A DNA stretch of 55,069 bases, counting the filler, from Sluysia triapertura (lineage: Eukaryota), in assembly GCA_046118255.1 (NCBI GenBank). It is 4 parts of 4 records of this genome, joined end to end, with 100 filler letters (N's around TTAATTAATTAA, not from the genome) between each part and the next. Parts side by side here need not be neighbours in the genome. Positions count along the whole stretch, not along the records: positions 44,251 to 55,069 come from JBJNIA010193062.1; 3 more parts are not named here. One strand, given 5' to 3'. How positions within the stretch are numbered: position 1 is the first letter of the stretch; each line of letters begins with the position of its first letter. The notes beneath the pieces were generated by a model. It saw only the letters and a list, made by a program, of their open reading frames with translations. It was not told where the DNA came from and did not search any database. Position numbers and translations under genes: made by a program. Below are positions 50,421-55,069 of the stretch, piece after piece.

Positions 50421-51280
50421 ATAAGTATATAATATATGTATAAAACTCAATCTGTTAAATTTTTTATTTATATTTCATTTTATTATATCTAAATAAATAA
50501 ATAATTTTTAAAAAGACTTAGTTTAAGTTTTATCAGGTTTTGAATTAGAGCTTATTCATAAAATCGCACTTATGTCTCTGATGATCACAAGACGAGTTAA
50601 AGCACTAACTATAACTTAAATTGAATTTATAATGAGTTCATAATAAATAAATACAATTTTTAGAGTGTTAAATTGTCCCAACATTGTAAACTTAAATCAA
50701 ATAAGATATTTAGACGTTAAAATCTTTAACAAATTTGGTAAAATTAATAAATTATGTTACATTATTTAAATAACATAATAATTATTATGATAATTAATAA
50801 TAATATTATTATTAATATTAAAATAATGAATTTATTATTACTATATTATTATAAGTAGTGTTGTATTATAAAAATAATAATAACTACTATTTTCGAGAGA
50901 TATACTTTTTATTATTTCAACATGAATGAATGTAATTAAATCATAAAAAATTTAACAAAACAGGAATAATAAATTATAATTAATATAATATATATTCATA
51001 AATGGATTTCAATAAATAATAATAAAATGCATTATAATATATCATAAATATTATTGAATATAAAAATGAGTCAACTTTAACATTTAAACATAATTAAAGT
51101 AAGTGTATTTACACAATTTTATAAATGTGAAAAACTTATTAAAAAAATGAATTAATTTTTTTAGTTTGTAGATGAGTATCATGTAGAATAAAAATCTGAA
51201 AATTATTATCATTGTCTTCAATCTATGAGATTGAACAAGAAATTAATAAAGAAATGATGCATCATCATTACAATATACAA

Positions 51281-51282
<2 letters not shown>

Positions 51283-51347
<65 letters not shown>
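51283..51347. repeat. Perfect (TTA)n microsatellite, about 21 units
   Basis: Directly visible. Confidence 0.95.
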
Positions 51348-52677
51348 GCTGGGTGTTTTTCGTAATCTAAAAACCTAACCTACAACAAAAGTAATTAATG
51401 ATTATTAGTCCGTTTGCAATATACGACTTACTAATGGCGATTCTGTAAAATTACGTGAAAACAATTATCAAAATTAATCGTATAAAATACTCCGTGTCTT
51501 ATCTTCAATAATAATGGACAAAATCGTAGTTTATGTCAACTAACAATAAATAACTTGAAAACTAATTAAGACCAACGCTAGCTTATGGGATATTTGAATT
51601 AGTATAAAAATCAAGTGAATAATGATGGTATGAAAGCATGCTATTTCTTATACCTCTGAATGACTGATAGAACCTTTAAAATTTAATGAGATAATATTAC
51701 AATATTTATATTCTAGATTAAAATTATTCGAAAAATAGAGTATCTATAACCTCAATTTAAATAAAAAAAGATTCAAAAGTCTTTTAATATTTTAATTACA
51801 CCAAAAAATATAAAATTAATATAACTTTATAAAAATTAAACAAAAATGAATATTAATAATGAAAAAATATTATAAATGATAAATTTATAATAGCGATAAT
51901 ACTTAAACTATAATAAGGGTCTAGCTAAAAAAAACTCTACCTATAATACTGATTTTGTAATTGACCTTAAGGACCAACTAAAGATTGGATATTTTATATT
52001 TTAATTTGATTTTATGACTGGCCTTAATGACCAACAGTGAAAAACAGTATTTTAAGTTGATTTTGTAGCTCTATGAGAGTTTATACACTTACGGATTAAA
52101 TAATAATATGAATAATTTATCTCCGCGATATTGTTCGAATTTGGATGGACCGATTGAGTTTCTGCTGCTTAGAAAATGTTACCACAGTAATCGAATATGC
52201 GGGGATCGCACAATAAATGGAAGGATGAGTTTTAAGCCGACGTGAACGAAGAGTCCAATAAATGATGTCGAGCCGGATGATGTCGAGGACAACTTTATTT
52301 TCTTTACCAAAAATGACCAATTCTGCTTTATGATTTAACAATGGCGTAATTTCTTTGCCTGGTGAATTGTGTTTCGTTTTATTTTTTAATGATGGCGTTC
52401 TAACTTATAAAATGGCAGCTTTCTTTATTTGTGTATGTCTTTATATAGACATAAAGACATTTTTAAGATTTGATTTAAATAAGCAAATTTGTTTCTAGAT
52501 GTTTCTTTTTGTAATGTTTTTTAATTTATAATAATAATAATTTTAATTTTAATATAATTAAAATAATAATTTTTTAAATAATATAAATTTTAATAATTTT
52601 TTATAATATTTATAGTTTTTTACAATTTTTGTAAACATAAAAATAAACCTAAAATATTTACATCTTTACAATAATAC

Positions 52678-52806
52678 AATTGACTATAATAAAATAAAAT
52701 TGTTAGACGGGATGGTAGATTAGTGGTCAGAGGATCGAACTGCGCATCTGTTATGTAAGAGGGCCCGGGTTCGAATCCCAGTCAGTTCAGTTATTGAAGT
52801 CTAAGA
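52678..52806 (+). mobile_element. tRNA-cored short element, copy 5 (long-loop subfamily, 5'-truncated or decayed)
   Basis: AATTGACTATAATA.AATAAAATTGTTAGACGGG...GGGTTCGAATCCC...TGAAGTCTAAGA aligns with the reverse complement of copy 2. Confidence 0.75.
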
Positions 52807-54029
52807 ATATTGTCAGATTATTATCACTTTTCGCACATTTTTTTAAAGTAACTTTAACGAATAAGTAAATAAATTCTATAAAATAAAATTCTAAAATATA
52901 GAAAGATGAAATTGTTTTTATTATTATTTTATTTAAAGATGTAAAAATAAATGATGAATTTGAGTTTTTTTACTTTCGAAAATTTTGAAACACATTAAAA
53001 AATTGACACTCGAAAACAATAAAAACAACAACATTGTTTTATAACATTGTAGCTCTCATTTATAACATTTAAGGCAATAGAAATCAATGAAGCAATCTTA
53101 TTAGTAAAATTCATTTTTTGGATCACTGTTTGGTGTTTCTATCTCAATGTAATAACAAAATAACACAACCAAGACGCATCAACACTAAAAGAATCTCTTG
53201 TTTCTTAACTAACATTAACTTTCTGTTTTCTTTCTGTGATTCTTAACATATTTTAAAGTAAAAAATGCTTGAATTAAATCCTATAATAATAACGGCAAAA
53301 GAAACAGTGTTGTGGTTATTAAATTACATAAATTGTTGAATTCTTTAAAACTGTACACGATCTTCATTTAAATCCTTTAGATTTCTTCACATATTGTAAT
53401 AAATTTAAATATATTTGAAACTAAAATCTCTGAATAGAGATTAGTTTGAATGAATTTTTATGTGTGATTAACGTTTAAAGGTAAGATGGTAATCGTATGT
53501 CGCTTAATGAAATGGAGAATGTTAGAATGGATTCTTAAATGGTGATTTAAGTTCTTGATTGAGAACAACATTTAAGTATTGGAAGATTGTGAATAACAGA
53601 CCTATCGAGAAGAGTGTATTTTGGTAAATGTGAAAAGATAGATTGTAATACAATTCTTATTATTTTTGAAAGGTTAATGTGCAGTGTTTTATGTGATTTG
53701 TTTATGTGTTGTTTTAAGTGATATTGTATTGTGTTGTTGGTGATTTAAGGTGTTGAAATTGATTCGAAAATGTACAGTGGATGATTTCAAATGTGGTTAT
53801 TATTTGATTGTTGTGAATGTCGAGTTATATGTTTTTAATAGATTTGTTGATATAATTGGTGGTATTGAATGTAAATGTGAAGTGTAAGTTATAAGATTGT
53901 GAATACAATTTAACTTTGACAGATGATAAGTGCAGAAAAGATGATATGTGACTATTAGAATGTTAAGGGTTATTTTTATAAAATTTTAATAATATTAAAG
54001 GTTGGCCACCACAACAAGCGAGAACAAAG

Positions 54030-54385
54030 TTATCTGCAGCTGTGTTAATTTTTTATATTTAATAAATATATTGTAATTTTATAAATATCCCGTATAATTT
54101 AAAATCATTTCCGTTTCATAAAACGTGAATTTTTAATTGTTTTAATTTTCAATTTTAATTTAGCGTTAGTCAAACTTTATGTAGAAAGAACAAACAATGT
54201 AGAATTGTACAGCATCAACAAGAGCAGTAACATTACGTGGGAGATGCTGTATTTGATATAAATATTCTGTCACACACGAAAAAAAGAAAGAAGCTAAAAT
54301 AATTTCTAGAATTTGCGGTAAATGCAACAATTATGTTTATCTCCTACATTCAAAGAATGGAATAATATGTAATGATTGTGTTTAA
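54030..54385 (+). pseudogene. piggyBac transposase C-terminal remnant with cysteine-rich domain
   Basis: KREFL...LVKLYVER, then RGRCCI*YK...ICGKCNNYVYLLHSKNGIICNDCV*, the piggyBac CRD spacing with two Cys codons mutated. Confidence 0.7.
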
Positions 54386-55069
54386 ATATGCAATTTATTG
54401 AAAATAAAGAAATATGTATTAATTAGTATTTGGTGTATGCTTGGTAATCCTAAGGTTAATTTTTCTTCAGCAAATGATAAAATATCGATTATGGTACAAA
54501 TTAGCCTTGAGGGCGTTGAATTTGGCAAAGTAAGATAGTAGTGGTTAATCGAAGATTCTAAAAGCTTGCATACGCTTTTATCGATTATATGTGTTGATAT
54601 TTTATAATCTAAAATATTGTATCTACGGATTTCTCGACGATCCTTTAAGGATATTTTTATCTTATAGGATTTAAAATTATATCTCATTTTATTGTCAAAT
54701 GTATTATTATGAAATCGTTTATTGTATTTAAAATATTTTATAATAGTGATTCTAATAAAATTATAATTACTTTTCAATCTAATTACATTATTAGTATAGT
54801 AATTGCATAAATAATGATAAGAAAAGCTTAATACATTTATTTTTAATAAGTTAAATATAAATATTTGGTGAACATGGTTTGATTCACTGTGCCAGCGTTT
54901 CACAGGACCGGTAATTGCATAAAATCTAATAGAAGAATAAACAAAAAAATTATCAAATTTATAAATTATACGGAAGTTTGGATAATGAAAATTAAACATC
55001 ATAGAATTACCTCCTAACATACTCGGAGTGATTTGGTTAGTGTTGAACATGACTCTTCCGTCAGTCTGG
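54382..55069 (-). CDS. Open frame of at least 228 codons running off the window end; product unknown
   Basis: The frame is open upstream of the ATG at 55050 (QTDGRV-M) to the window edge. An open frame this long is unlikely by chance in such AT-rich DNA. Confidence 0.45.
   Translation of the reverse strand, partial: QTDGRVMFNTNQITPSMLGGNSMMFNFHYPNFRIIYKFDNFFVYSSIRFYAITGPVKRWHSESNHVHQIFIFNLLKINVLSFSYHYLCNYYTNNVIRLKSNYNFIRITIIKYFKYNKRFHNNTFDNKMRYNFKSYKIKISLKDRREIRRYNILDYKISTHIIDKSVCKLLESSINHYYLTLPNSTPSRLICTIIDILSFAEEKLTLGLPSIHQILINTYFFIFNKLHI

Noticed and set aside
52100-52410. GC-richer island as the missing 5' exons of PRCP
   Set aside because: None of the frames I read contains S28 motifs (DHF, GNEG, EHRYYG, GGSYGG).

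Overview
Very AT-rich (roughly 20-25% GC by eye) eukaryotic, almost certainly animal, genomic scaffold. It has three 100-bp assembly gaps carrying a TTAATTAATTAA linker, and introns that are either ~40 bp or expanded to several kb by transposons. Supported host genes are a complete 3-exon axonemal dynein light chain 4 (DNAL4-like, + strand), the 3' three exons of a lysosomal Pro-X carboxypeptidase (PRCP/S28, - strand), one cadherin-repeat exon (- strand), and an intronless 170-aa ORF with a beta-trefoil-like pattern. Pseudogene fragments include an AMPA-type glutamate receptor S2 domain, a C-type lectin domain and a possible RING-protein gene. Transposon relics include a TIR-complete Tc3-like element, other Tc1/mariner pieces, pogo/Tigger, piggyBac, a hAT MITE, and L2/CR1 and RTE LINE fragments. 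The most interesting signal is a five-copy family of 128-173 bp elements. Each has a tRNA-derived A-box/B-box core, but the four complete copies have TGT...ACA-type integrase ends and 4-bp target-site duplications and no SINE tail, so they look like tRNA-carrying solo-LTR or Ginger-like elements. One copy disrupts the glutamate receptor fragment and one sits in the DNAL4 intron. A candidate micro-exon cluster and a triplet of covarying hairpins are also noted. All homology calls are by eye; no searches were run.
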